Virus record (IMG/VR): IMGVR_UViG_3300034759_000344
Location: 32,187 to 96,186 of that record
Origin: a virus
Reading direction: 5' to 3' (one strand)
DNA length: 64,000 nucleotides
Shown here: piece by piece, positions 46,501 through 56,001 of the stretch
Layout of the letters: each line of letters starts with the position of its first letter
How positions within the stretch are numbered: position 1 is the stretch's first letter
Notes under the pieces: generated by a model
Seen by the model: only the letters and a program-made list of their open reading frames with translations
What the model was told of the DNA's origin: nothing
Databases searched by the model: none
Translations under genes and position numbers: made by a program

Positions 46501-49234
46501 CAAACAATTTACCAGGAGATAGAGTACCTAACTCTTCGATGAGGGAGCGTAAGGGATTGTTTACATACTGAGAGCTGGCAATAAATCTAGCAAAGTGCTT
46601 GAAGGGGAGATTTTCTTCCAGAGTTCTAGCTATTACATCAGGAATTTCTCCTTCTTCTACTTTAGCCAGACCCATAACGTCTTCAGACTGCCGCAACTGC
46701 AGCATGTTGTGAACGGTTACCGAGAAGGCACGGCTGTAGGAGCGGATGAGATAGTCCAACCAGGCTCTAGTTGGAGCGTAGCGCAGTCGTTTCAGGGAGA
46801 ATTGGTAGGGATCAGTAGCTACGATATTTTCGAGATTTTTGAGGAACAAACCAGTTATATACTCAGGACTGGTTACATTCCTACCTGCCTTCTGGATTAG
46901 AGACTCTCCCTCTCCAGGTTTAAGTCCCATTAAGTTATATATTTCTTGAATACGCTTTCTGCGTATTTCTTCAGCTTTGCGCTCTTCTTCCTCACGCTTT
47001 GCCGCTTCTTCCAGCAGCTTTTTGGTTTCCACAGCTCCCAAGTTGGCTAAATCTTTAGCGCTTTGCAGGATTCGCTGTACCATTTCCGGCTTCATAACTG
47101 CTTCCAGGTTGCCAATTCCTTCATCTATTATGGTTTTAAGTGCCCCTGTTATATCTGGAATTATCTCTTGTAAGTTCTGTATTTCCTGGGCAGTTTCTGG
47201 CAGGTTAATTTTCATTCCTTTTAGCCATTCGGAGATGGCATTAGTAATGGCTCCGCTGATACCTGACACTAGAGCATCGGTAGAAATAGGCTCTTCTCTA
47301 GTTTTCAATTTTTGGATGATATTTGTGGTGTAGGCGTCTATGATACTGGTCAGCTCTTCAAGTATGCTCTTGCGGTAGGCGTCATATTTCTCCTGAACTT
47401 CTTTGGTTACTTTTCCAAAATCGCGCATTGAAATGTTTCCGGACAGTACTTTAGTCATTACAGGCTCTTTGCTCAGCATTTCAGATACGGCAACAACATC
47501 TACGATGTGCTTAAGGTGGTAGCCAGTAACAGTTCTCCATTTTTTGCTTACTGCTAGCTCCCTGGCAAAATCTTCCAGTTCAGATGCTTGTATCTTTCCA
47601 CCTAAAGGAGTAAATCGTCCGATAATTGTTTCTATGGCTTTTCTTATAGGCTGGAAGCTGCTTTGTTCAATCAGTCTCTGTAGGATTTCTCCAGTATCGG
47701 TAGAAGCCCATATTTGAGCAAATTGAGTACTTAAAGCAGTTAAGAAATTTCCAAAGGCCTCATAGAGTAGTTGTTTACGCTGGGTACTTTCTTTTCCAGT
47801 TACTATTTGTTTAATTGATGTTAAATCTGTTCCTTTAAACAAAGGCTTTATATACTGATACAGGGAAGTGGCTAGAGCTCCCTCCATAGGAGTTTCAAGG
47901 CCAAAGTAGCCTTTTTCTCCGGTAAATAGCTGTTTGGTAATGGCTGCCAAAGGAGAAAGACCTTTTTTCTCTATATCCTGTAAGTAACGGTCAAAAACCG
48001 CTGCCAGCTGTTTTAATTCGTCTTCATTGGGGAAGTTTTCAAAGAGATGGTTGAGGTCGGTATCTCTATAATCATAACCTTCACCATCACCTGTCTTCTT
48101 TCTTCCTCCTCCTCCGCCTTTCTTGCCTCCTCCACCTGCAGCCGTAGGCGGACTGGATACTTTGTTTATAAACATACTTTGGTAATTGCCGAGTATCTGC
48201 TGTGCATCTTGATACAGCTTTTGTACCTTCTGGGCTACCTCTTTACCTCTGATAGTTCCACCTAAAATATATAAATCGTTGTTTTCAAATCCACCCTGGC
48301 TTTGGACAAACTCCTGCAGTGCTTTAGTGTATCTAAAGGGAGCAGAAGAAATGACGGTACTTTCTTTACCTTCTTTAAGCAGTACCCATTCTAACTGGGC
48401 TTTGTTATTGGGGAGCAGTTTTAAGTGGGCTTTTTGAACTCTTACAAAATCCTTACCAAGATTGGTTACCCGGTACTTTACAAATCTCTTTATGTCCTCA
48501 ATTATTTCATTTGTTGATTGATTGGCTAAACGTTTAAAGGTTCTAGGAATCTTTTTCTTAAACTCTTTTTCCAGCTCCTGTTGAGCTTTAATGAGATTTT
48601 CAGCAAGTGTTTCTTGGGTATTCTGAACAGCTTCCTGTACCTTTTGTTGTTGTTCTTTGTCGTATTTGGGTTTACCAAAAATCCTATTAAACCACTGGGT
48701 AGTAAAAGGTTTTACTTCTTTAGGTACCAGGCTCTTGCTGGCTATTCTCGAGAAGGAGCGGGCCATGTATTCGGGATTAGCATATTCCTTTATTCTTCCG
48801 TATATTGCCGAGTAGTCAGGAGGGCTGATAGTTGGTGAGGAGTGGTGTACTTGGTGGTAAAACTGGTGCAAGTAGGTATCTATATAGCGGGCAGCTACGT
48901 TAAAGCGCATACGGTCAAAAACTTCCCGTTCTGCAGGTCGCAAAGAAGTATAGCGGTGGAGAGCATGGCGCATTGCAATGGCATTGAGGGGGTTGGCAAA
49001 TAAAGACTGAGGAGATGCTGTAGCTATGATCTGCGCTTTATCGTAAGTTCCTACTTCTCTTTGGTAGCGCAAAGTTAAAAAGCGAAGCAGGTCTTTAACA
49101 TGTTCGTACTGACTTTCAGTAAGGACCTGCTGCAAGCGCCTTCCACCTAATAAAAAGTCGGTTGCCACATCATTAAACTTATTGGCAACCGAGTCTAGTT
49201 TTTGAATTATCCGGTCAAGGAGAGGCTCAGGCAT
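43553..49234 (-). CDS. Tape measure protein
   Basis: 1893 aa, helical with hydrophobic Gly-rich segments; follows the tail chaperones. Confidence 0.82.
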   Translation of the reverse strand: MPEPLLDRIIQKLDSVANKFNDVATDFLLGGRRLQQVLTESQYEHVKDLLRFLTLRYQREVGTYDKAQIIATASPQSLFANPLNAIAMRHALHRYTSLRPAEREVFDRMRFNVAARYIDTYLHQFYHQVHHSSPTISPPDYSAIYGRIKEYANPEYMARSFSRIASKSLVPKEVKPFTTQWFNRIFGKPKYDKEQQQKVQEAVQNTQETLAENLIKAQQELEKEFKKKIPRTFKRLANQSTNEIIEDIKRFVKYRVTNLGKDFVRVQKAHLKLLPNNKAQLEWVLLKEGKESTVISSAPFRYTKALQEFVQSQGGFENNDLYILGGTIRGKEVAQKVQKLYQDAQQILGNYQSMFINKVSSPPTAAGGGGKKGGGGGRKKTGDGEGYDYRDTDLNHLFENFPNEDELKQLAAVFDRYLQDIEKKGLSPLAAITKQLFTGEKGYFGLETPMEGALATSLYQYIKPLFKGTDLTSIKQIVTGKESTQRKQLLYEAFGNFLTALSTQFAQIWASTDTGEILQRLIEQSSFQPIRKAIETIIGRFTPLGGKIQASELEDFARELAVSKKWRTVTGYHLKHIVDVVAVSEMLSKEPVMTKVLSGNISMRDFGKVTKEVQEKYDAYRKSILEELTSIIDAYTTNIIQKLKTREEPISTDALVSGISGAITNAISEWLKGMKINLPETAQEIQNLQEIIPDITGALKTIIDEGIGNLEAVMKPEMVQRILQSAKDLANLGAVETKKLLEEAAKREEEERKAEEIRRKRIQEIYNLMGLKPGEGESLIQKAGRNVTSPEYITGLFLKNLENIVATDPYQFSLKRLRYAPTRAWLDYLIRSYSRAFSVTVHNMLQLRQSEDVMGLAKVEEGEIPDVIARTLEENLPFKHFARFIASSQYVNNPLRSLIEELGTLSPGKLFVTRASRAVTGAFGGIISRVGIEPERLVTEGIDQFINQLFPLETRMGGRLGYYTQPGGGGMFYRVFQREMQNVLRDFRINIEGASQALTAFTDIAGTGGMGLSTLLRGQIAPLYQLARGTGFVGMESEVTEQFATIQRLFTSPGSWEGIFNVLGNVLARKDLRRAIGTKEILASMETFSKYVMEGAGGGISPELLSRYATVFSAMAAPTVGAGTRGIYGMQTLLSMSEQLRSGRGGIMHPLVAAVLSQRGISLDVATLAAIQRQIDVGGFISQIRVGNQNINLLEETLRFLTKQFGPAQRGTSAIYLSQVFGITIDKATELLNLYDELIDAQKEVNTSQEAAVRRRIETIFAEAGKSGGERFMEALAERQGALMSSLDKIILPIVSAMGGFPQIFGGLGNLAYGMATFNPLIGIQGMGQLFRGFATSGAMGTGMMMASVLQNMVGEGAGWVIGNFAYTLLRREVNQLRLKGELELARKAGDLARIKEIQKALAEGGVGLASIWRGAVRFLKTPLQTYLPFMQGMPLIGGMSIGVLGAIVTGVITGFQALRTYLRNLGDQLEENIALYKEYRSNLASTISTMERSQQPATYQEQLVKQYIQFQEQTRRVEQQINPNKFWEYLSAIFAPKYYNKLKQTRLTAFEEMALARIEQFRKINQMGIDIGQATYDYYRKQVTERTQEILQTYKELQSTYAKVGVGYAQFSEEEKRKYRSEIEKVRWKQSVTSIFAGLAVSLPNAVNEGNAEVLNDLQQALLSGMNPEELNRLLNENGLMNLRGTYMTLNLPENVINAIKALHQAFAEKPNINEIQALDLALIVYDRLSKIREGKDLVSGLNQAAEVVRNAGNLSLNPVELNKLLGTQEEAEAGAKGRKTIPAPTPWRMVEEQEYHLIAPQMPQAVAQPGYGVVRLPAMKETPATVPIGAALTNLPIPVSDNRTFNFNINITQNIEGTNAEIPGRVAEATSSVLQDFFEKLKITTSSIEGR

Positions 49235-49248
49235 CTTTCTGGACCCCT

Positions 49249-49530
49249 TTAGCTTGGGTTTTTAGCTTGGTTTTTCAGACGTTCCCACTCTCTTTCAAAC
49301 TCATCGTCATAGAAGCTTTCCTTTATAATTCCGTGCTGTTTATCCACTATATGCTCTTTCTTGCGCTCTTGGCGGTTGTACATAGCAACCAATAGAGATA
49401 TTTGTTCAGGGGTAAGGGATTGGAAACGTTCATCAGTGGGAAGAATACGAAAGTGCTCAAAAATCCACCAAAAGGTTTCAAACTGCGGTAAAGCTGCGAT
49501 GTGATTCGTGTACTTACTTAGCGCTGCGAA
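49249..49530 (-). CDS. Tail assembly chaperone extension (gpT-like), reached by +1 frameshift
   Basis: 94-codon open frame without an early start: ...WWIFEHFRILPTDERFQSLTPEQISLL...FYDDEFEREW. Confidence 0.7.
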   Translation of the reverse strand, partial: FAALSKYTNHIAALPQFETFWWIFEHFRILPTDERFQSLTPEQISLLVAMYNRQERKKEHIVDKQHGIIKESFYDDEFEREWERLKNQAKNPS

Positions 49531-49882
49531 AGGATGCGAGGAACCTTGATAGTTCCCCGTACAAAGTAATTATGAAATCAATGTCGTCGAATTCCAGAAT
49601 GTTTTCTAAAAATTTCGGACGCTCTACAAGTAGAGTATCTACAGTAAAGATGATGTTTAAAAGATTCTCAAGGTTGCTTGTATCCTCAGGGCAGGTTCCT
49701 TCCTTCATCAGCCCTTCTATATACTTGCGAACCTTGGCAAAGATTACCATGTTGTCGTGGATGGTATCTTTCTTAAAGACAAATTTGTACTTCTCTCCCC
49801 GGTACGGGAGCTCTACTTCGTGGGTTCTCTTGTGGCTTTGTAGGATTTCCATACCTGCTTTGTTAAGAGTTTCTTGGTCCAT
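49514..49882 (-). CDS. Tail assembly chaperone (gpG-like)
   Basis: Between tube and TMP; ends ...ASFRSAK. Confidence 0.78.
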   Translation of the reverse strand: MDQETLNKAGMEILQSHKRTHEVELPYRGEKYKFVFKKDTIHDNMVIFAKVRKYIEGLMKEGTCPEDTSNLENLLNIIFTVDTLLVERPKFLENILEFDDIDFIITLYGELSRFLASFRSAK

Positions 49883-49910
49883 TAAATATCCTCCTTCCTT
49901 GTGAAAACCT

Positions 49911-49938
49911 AGCTGGGGCTGTCTATGCAGCCCCAGCC
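49911..49938 (-). terminator. Hairpin after the tail tube gene
   Basis: GCTGGGGCTG/CAGCCCCAGC stem, weak U-tract. Confidence 0.5.
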
Positions 49939-49958
49939 GTGATTAAAGTTAATGGCTA

Positions 49959-50588
49959 TTAACCACCAGAAGCAGGGGGAGTAACACCGGCAGGTACACC
50001 GGCGCCGCCAGAAGTTTGTGCGGTGTTCACATTGATGGTTTTATTATACAGGTACTCTTTTTCAGAGAAGACCACTTCAACGTCTTCAGCCAGAATTTCT
50101 CCCTGAGCTATGTTTTCAGTACAGCTGTTAATCACACAATTCCTATAAGCAAACAGCGGATGTCCTCTATACTTGTCTTTTACGATGATGTCGAATCCGT
50201 TGAGAGAGTGCCTCAAGATACCGCCTTCTACTGAATAGGAGAAAACGGTACCGGTTTCACGCATGAGGTCTTCGAGTTCCTGCAAGCGCACCATCATTTT
50301 GCTGAGAGTAAGGGTACCCTCAAACCTCATAGGAATGAATTCTTGAGGTTTAATGCTTCCTATTTCGTAAACTCCTTCTACGTTGAAGTTAAGAGTGGCC
50401 CGAAGACCGGTAGCACGACCAATTCTTACATCTTGGTTGTTAGCACCTTTAACTACTATTTCTATCTCATGGGCACCGATTACATCGTGCAACCTAAGTC
50501 GGTTAATTGCACTTTGGTTAGTAGCAGATCCTGACTTACCGAAGTAGTCGTAATAGAAATCATTAGGTGTAGTTGTTGGATATGTCAT
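49959..50588 (-). CDS. Tail tube protein
   Basis: IGRA.G...EGVYEIGSIKPQE...FEGTLTL; follows the sheath. Confidence 0.85.
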   Translation of the reverse strand: MTYPTTTPNDFYYDYFGKSGSATNQSAINRLRLHDVIGAHEIEIVVKGANNQDVRIGRATGLRATLNFNVEGVYEIGSIKPQEFIPMRFEGTLTLSKMMVRLQELEDLMRETGTVFSYSVEGGILRHSLNGFDIIVKDKYRGHPLFAYRNCVINSCTENIAQGEILAEDVEVVFSEKEYLYNKTINVNTAQTSGGAGVPAGVTPPASGG

Positions 50589-50612
50589 CTATATATCTCC
50601 TCCTTAAATCGG

Positions 50613-52331
50613 TTATGCTGCAGGAGTGAATACCTGAGTCACAAAGATGTAGTTAGAAGTAAGCGCCGGGGAAGCTTCAAAGCTAATCTGCACTACATCG
50701 CCGGAAGCCACTACCTGTACGTTGCGGTAGGCTGGATTGTTTTCAGTACCTACTAAGGCACCTCTACCAGCAAATCCTTCCAGAATTCCTAACACGGTGA
50801 GTTTGATGTCGTTTACAGTGGAAGTGGTGATTGGTTTTCCGATGTAGGCAGATTCCAGGGTGGTTCTGATGGTCTTGGAGATGTTGTCAATGGTTACCAC
50901 TGCAGCTATGTCCATGTAGGCCAGGTTGTTGGTAGCTCTATAAGTGGTAACTCCCTTAACCACATAGAATCCCTTGTTGGTACGGTAAGCAACAGGAGTT
51001 ACTCCAGACTTCAAGAGAGCTACCTGCTCAGTTGGAGAGAAGCGGGTAGTGAGATTTACAACGTTGATGCTCTTGTTGGTAATGTTTTCCTGTGGACGCA
51101 GTCCTGCCTTCATTCCTGCCAACAAGGCTGCCAGGTAGTAGGAAGGACGCTTTACAGTAGTGCCTCCGTAATTTTCAATAATACCAGGAGCACAGTACAC
51201 TACACGGTAAGAAGCATTAAAGGGAAGCGCTGCTGCCTGGTAGTCGGAAACGGTAGCGTCAGGATTGCTGTGGCCTAAGAAAGCCATGCGCTCCATGCGG
51301 TTAACCACGTCGCTCATAGCTTCCACATGGGCCAAAACTGCTCCCTGAACATCACCGTCTCCAGAAGCTACACAAATGTAGTGCACATCTTCAGCTTCGA
51401 GAAGCGCTAAAGCACTGGTGTACTCAGTAACGGTAGGTGCAGCACCATCAGCTCCACCGGTGAAGAAGGAAAGTGGAGTATTGGTTGGTGCAGCAGTATC
51501 GTTGGGATCGGTTTTGCTGGCAGTTACCAGGCTAGAGTTTTTGTTAATGGTGTGAATACAAGCTCCTAAGGTTGCTGTGATTGTGAAAGTACTAGTTATA
51601 TCTTGATCAGTGACTGCATCCAAGTAAGAGCTGGGTAAATCATCGTATAACATGTAAGTGGACTTAACTGCAGTAAAGTTAGGACGCAGGTTAATGGCAT
51701 TGATTACTTTTTCAATGGTGCTGTATTCAGAAGAAGTAAGGTCCAAGGTGAAAGTGTCTTCGGGTATTACGTTGCTGGATGCATCTAAAGTGGTAACGCT
51801 CAAAGTGGTTGCTGACCCTGCAGCTACGGTGATGGTAAGAGTGGAAGTGGTTCCGGTTCCGTTGTAAGTGATGTTCAACGCAGGGCCTAAATTGTCGTAA
51901 GTTTCCACATACTGAGAGAAACCATCGATGATGGTGATTTTCTTACCAACAGTACTACCGTTGCCTACCTCAGCCTGCAGGAGGTTACCAACAGAACCGT
52001 AGTCTTTGGAAGTTAAAACCAAAGTACCAGCACTGAAGGAAGCCTGTGCAGCACCAGCACCAGCAACTTTGATGGCTACTACTTGTTGAGGAGTTCCTCC
52101 GCGGTAGACGTAGTTGATAAGCTCATACAACTCTCCGCCTTTCAAGGTCTTAAAAGCCTGTCCGGGAGATGTAAAACGGTATACTTGATTGGGAACTCCA
52201 CCTTTAGCAGGACCTATTACAGCAACAACTGATGCATCGACAGCAGATTCACGTACCTCAAAGGCAGAAACGTCATTGTAAGTGTAGACGCCAGGCAGTT
52301 CAATTGTTTTTCCGCCAAACTGATATGCCAT
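50613..52331 (-). CDS. Tail sheath protein
   Basis: PGVY, IG.A.GG.PN.VY, SKDYG, GG.DG, LL..GV, GVTT. Confidence 0.93.
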   Translation of the reverse strand: MAYQFGGKTIELPGVYTYNDVSAFEVRESAVDASVVAVIGPAKGGVPNQVYRFTSPGQAFKTLKGGELYELINYVYRGGTPQQVVAIKVAGAGAAQASFSAGTLVLTSKDYGSVGNLLQAEVGNGSTVGKKITIIDGFSQYVETYDNLGPALNITYNGTGTTSTLTITVAAGSATTLSVTTLDASSNVIPEDTFTLDLTSSEYSTIEKVINAINLRPNFTAVKSTYMLYDDLPSSYLDAVTDQDITSTFTITATLGACIHTINKNSSLVTASKTDPNDTAAPTNTPLSFFTGGADGAAPTVTEYTSALALLEAEDVHYICVASGDGDVQGAVLAHVEAMSDVVNRMERMAFLGHSNPDATVSDYQAAALPFNASYRVVYCAPGIIENYGGTTVKRPSYYLAALLAGMKAGLRPQENITNKSINVVNLTTRFSPTEQVALLKSGVTPVAYRTNKGFYVVKGVTTYRATNNLAYMDIAAVVTIDNISKTIRTTLESAYIGKPITTSTVNDIKLTVLGILEGFAGRGALVGTENNPAYRNVQVVASGDVVQISFEASPALTSNYIFVTQVFTPAA

Positions 52332-52348
52332 AGTGTTCGTTTACCTCC

Positions 52349-53140
52349 TTATACGGTTAATTCAATTTTGCGCAGGATGTCGTAGAAGTTGTAACCTGAA
52401 ACTTCGATTTCGAAGTTTAAAGTTAGCTGTCTCTGAAACAGAGGTTCTGGCTGGTCTTCTCGCATGTAGGGCATAATACCGCTTCCAAAAAGCTGCTGGT
52501 TCTTTACTCCCAGACCAGATACCAGCGTACGTAAGGACAGCAAAGAATGTTGTGCTATGCGGTAAAGTATCATCACCTCATTTAAGTTATTGGATATGAC
52601 GCTTATCGAATAATTTGCTTCTATTACTGTTGTTTGCGGTTCAGCATAATTTTGGAAGTAGGTGTAGTCGGCTGTGTACACCCCTTCCTCTATATAATAT
52701 TCTCCTAAAATCTGTATTTTCCCGGTGTAGTAGTCTAAAAGGTACTGATTTTCTAATAGTTTTTCTCCGTTGCAGTAGACGGTAATCTGGTAAATGGGGA
52801 AGTTGCCCAACTGACCTCTTCCGTAGGTATCCAGGGACAAAGCTTCTCCAGTAACCTCTACCAAACTTACCGCCTGTAAGTCTCCTGACTGCTGTCCCAC
52901 TTCCCTTATGGATTCTCTTTCTTCTTCACAGCTGATGATAACTGCGGGTATTCTGAAGTTGCTTATAGCATCGGTAATGTAAAAGTTTACTTTGCTTTGA
53001 GAAGCTATAATGCGCAAAGTATTTTTGTAGCTGGGATCTGGATGGGATACCAGGTAGTCAATGAATTGAGGATTTTCCTGGTAAAACTTAAAAGCATCTT
53101 TTAATATTTTGACAAAGAAATATTCTAAAGACGGTATCAT
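52349..53140 (-). CDS. Tail completion/terminator protein
   Basis: MIPSLE N-terminus; directly before the sheath. Confidence 0.65.
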   Translation of the reverse strand: MIPSLEYFFVKILKDAFKFYQENPQFIDYLVSHPDPSYKNTLRIIASQSKVNFYITDAISNFRIPAVIISCEEERESIREVGQQSGDLQAVSLVEVTGEALSLDTYGRGQLGNFPIYQITVYCNGEKLLENQYLLDYYTGKIQILGEYYIEEGVYTADYTYFQNYAEPQTTVIEANYSISVISNNLNEVMILYRIAQHSLLSLRTLVSGLGVKNQQLFGSGIMPYMREDQPEPLFQRQLTLNFEIEVSGYNFYDILRKIELTV

Positions 53141-56001
53141 ATCTCTACCTCAACTTCTTTCTTTACTAAGTCTTCTACTATTCTGCGGTAGTAAGGAAGT
53201 ATGCGGGTTTTAACTTCCTCTTCAGAATAGCCTGCAGCTTCTTCTAAAGCTTGCCTTTCTATATTGGAAATCATGGACAGCAATTTGTTTACCTTACCTC
53301 TTTTTTTGTATTCTTTGGACAGGTTTTTGGTATAGTGCAGGGTTTTCAAAACGGAGTTCTGGAGATCCATAATGGGATCTGTAGGAGAAGACTGGGTAAT
53401 TTTTATATTCATAAGCAGTTTTTGGTAGCGCAAAACATCTTCTTTAGGTACCAAGTGTATCTCAGTAGCTAACATTAGGCGTACAACATCAGAATCACGA
53501 ACCGGACGGCCTTTACGCATAAAAGTGTAGTAAGAATGTCCCGGTGTTTCTTCTATCCAGGAAGCAAACAAAGCTTTGATACGCTTTTGGTAGTGCTCAA
53601 TGAACTTTTGAGTAAAGTAAGCAAGACCTCTTACCCCCATTACGGGTTTCATATAAAACGAGCTGTAGGCTGTTTTCTCACTCAAGCGCCGGAAGTAAAT
53701 GTTGCTGCTTTGCACCAGATAAGTACCTTTGTTAACCCGCACAGCATTTTTTACCCTGCCGCTGCGCACATAGCTTACTGGAACCAGCAAACTTTCCACC
53801 CGCTGTTTAGGATTTCTGTAGGTGGAAACGGTGGAGTAAATTCTCATGGGAGCAGAAATATTCTCAGGAGCATTAATTCCTTCTGTATATGCTGAAGGCA
53901 GGTTTTTCCTGTGCTTTACGCTTATGTTGGGCCCTTGATTAGGGGAAGCAAGTAATTCGGTATATCCAGAGTAAAATGCAGAGTCTTCTGGCAGTTTCTG
54001 CAAGAAGGCTTTCAACTCCCTGCTTAACTTTCTCCAGGGATCCTTGATAGTCATATCTACAGGACGAGATTTCACCATAGGAATATCCACATACCTGGTA
54101 CCATCTTCCGCCTTCTTCTTTTTGGATTCTCGAATGAACCCCCACAGGTACCCTCCTTTTCTCCCGTATTCGAGCATTCCGGCTACCATACCGGAGATAC
54201 TCACTTGAATTCCTTGGTAGGGGTCTATAGAAATGTTTAAACCGTTGAGGTAGGCAGTAATTTGCTTGGGAGTTAACGTTTTGCTGGCTAAATAGGACTT
54301 CAATTCCCGGTAAGCCGTCTTAAATGCTTCATGGAATCTTTTAACATATTCATCATAAAACTTTTTAGTGCGGTATTTTCCCAGATACCTGCTCCGCAGC
54401 TGGTAATCTTTAGTTAATTTCTTTATGTACTGCAGGTCGATGTTTATGTAGTACATCTTTCTGGGTTGCGCTGGAAGCTTCTGAATTCTGCGCAGAAGGT
54501 TTTCCACTCCACTATCTCCAGTCATCCACTTAGCATAAGCCCTACGCATGCTGTCCATTGCTTTATGCAGATCGCCAAGTTCTCTTTTAAGCTTTAATAT
54601 GTACTTGTACTCAATACTGCGCAAAAGCTTAAGGTACTCATTGTAAGTTTCCTGATAGAGATTGATTATCTTCTGAGCTGTCTCATATATTTGGGACTTA
54701 AGCTGGAAAAGGACTGCTGTGTAGTCCCTCCACTCTTTATCCATTTCAGAAGCAAAGGTCAGCGCAGCTGCCTTTAAGCGCAGCTGGTTGATTTGCTTGG
54801 AAAGATTTTTGAGCAGATTATCGGTGCTACTTATCAAATTCTTAATCTTTTCTGCCTGATTTTTCAGCTTATCCACATAGGAAAGTACTTCTTCAGGAAG
54901 CTTCTCAACTTCACGGGGCATCCCAACATCTTTAATTTTTTTCTCAAGTTCTTTGGCAAGGCTTTGGTTAGCTTTCTCTACGCTATCCTGTATAGCCTTT
55001 ACTACATTATCCTGAGTAAGTTCCTGCTGCAGCTTTTCTTTCTCGGTAGAAATTTGGGAAAGAACCTTTTCGGCTTCATTAAGGATCTCTACAGCTTCTT
55101 CAAAGTAAGACTCCAAATAATCGGTATTCTTTTCAAGAGCTTTTAGAATTTCTTTTCTGTACTGCTCAAACTCATAATTAATCAGTTTAGCTATCTCCCT
55201 GGATACCGCAGAAGTAAGCGGAGCTTTTTGTACGAGTACGTTCATAAATTCGTGTCTTCTTCCGCACTTGGGACAGGTGATGATAACCGTGCCTAGTTGA
55301 GAACCAGCTTCCACATCGTTTAAGTCTATACTCGAAACTATATCCAGAAGCTTTACGCTGTGTTTGCAGTCGGATGCTAAACTCTTGAGCTGGATCCTGG
55401 AAATACGATCCAGTTCTTTAGCCAGCATTTCCAAAAATTTATAAGCCTCTATTTTAGATCCTTTAGGAGGCTCTTTGTACATAACCAGGGCCTGGCGGAA
55501 CTTGTTTAGATTAGCTATATCAGGCATTTCTATAGCTTTTCTGGCGGAAGTCAGCAGGTTGGCGAGCACGTTATTATAGACACTAACTAAAAGCTTAAAT
55601 TGAGAAACTACTTTATCAGGGCCTACTTTTACTTTAGTTAACAGGTAATAGTTGTGTCGGGGGTCAATGATGGGAAGAATCTTTTTAAGAACTCGGTAAG
55701 CGGTTGCCTCAATGGTTAAAGAATCTTTGTAGACGAGCAGCTGATTGCTCATTTCTCTCAGAAGGAATTCCACTTTCTTTACAAAGTTCTGGATGTCGAT
55801 CAGCAAATCTGCAAGGCCTTCCATTGACTGTTTAGTGGGCTTTTGGCTTTTCAAACCTGCCAAAATAGCACCAAGTTTAAACAGCAGCCGATCTTTAATC
55901 AGCGATACCTGCTGATTAATTTCTTCTGCTATACCAACTATAGAGGCCTTTTTAGCTATCTCTTTTATTTGCTCAATGGTTTGTTCCAGCTGACGGTTCA
56001 T
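53137..56001 (-). CDS. Large neck-region protein with long coiled-coil N-terminal extension
   Basis: 954 aa; MLEYG...KK..DG.RYVDIP...FRRLSEK motif in the C-terminal third; CPKC. Confidence 0.6.
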   Translation of the reverse strand: MNRQLEQTIEQIKEIAKKASIVGIAEEINQQVSLIKDRLLFKLGAILAGLKSQKPTKQSMEGLADLLIDIQNFVKKVEFLLREMSNQLLVYKDSLTIEATAYRVLKKILPIIDPRHNYYLLTKVKVGPDKVVSQFKLLVSVYNNVLANLLTSARKAIEMPDIANLNKFRQALVMYKEPPKGSKIEAYKFLEMLAKELDRISRIQLKSLASDCKHSVKLLDIVSSIDLNDVEAGSQLGTVIITCPKCGRRHEFMNVLVQKAPLTSAVSREIAKLINYEFEQYRKEILKALEKNTDYLESYFEEAVEILNEAEKVLSQISTEKEKLQQELTQDNVVKAIQDSVEKANQSLAKELEKKIKDVGMPREVEKLPEEVLSYVDKLKNQAEKIKNLISSTDNLLKNLSKQINQLRLKAAALTFASEMDKEWRDYTAVLFQLKSQIYETAQKIINLYQETYNEYLKLLRSIEYKYILKLKRELGDLHKAMDSMRRAYAKWMTGDSGVENLLRRIQKLPAQPRKMYYINIDLQYIKKLTKDYQLRSRYLGKYRTKKFYDEYVKRFHEAFKTAYRELKSYLASKTLTPKQITAYLNGLNISIDPYQGIQVSISGMVAGMLEYGRKGGYLWGFIRESKKKKAEDGTRYVDIPMVKSRPVDMTIKDPWRKLSRELKAFLQKLPEDSAFYSGYTELLASPNQGPNISVKHRKNLPSAYTEGINAPENISAPMRIYSTVSTYRNPKQRVESLLVPVSYVRSGRVKNAVRVNKGTYLVQSSNIYFRRLSEKTAYSSFYMKPVMGVRGLAYFTQKFIEHYQKRIKALFASWIEETPGHSYYTFMRKGRPVRDSDVVRLMLATEIHLVPKEDVLRYQKLLMNIKITQSSPTDPIMDLQNSVLKTLHYTKNLSKEYKKRGKVNKLLSMISNIERQALEEAAGYSEEEVKTRILPYYRRIVEDLVKKEVEVEI

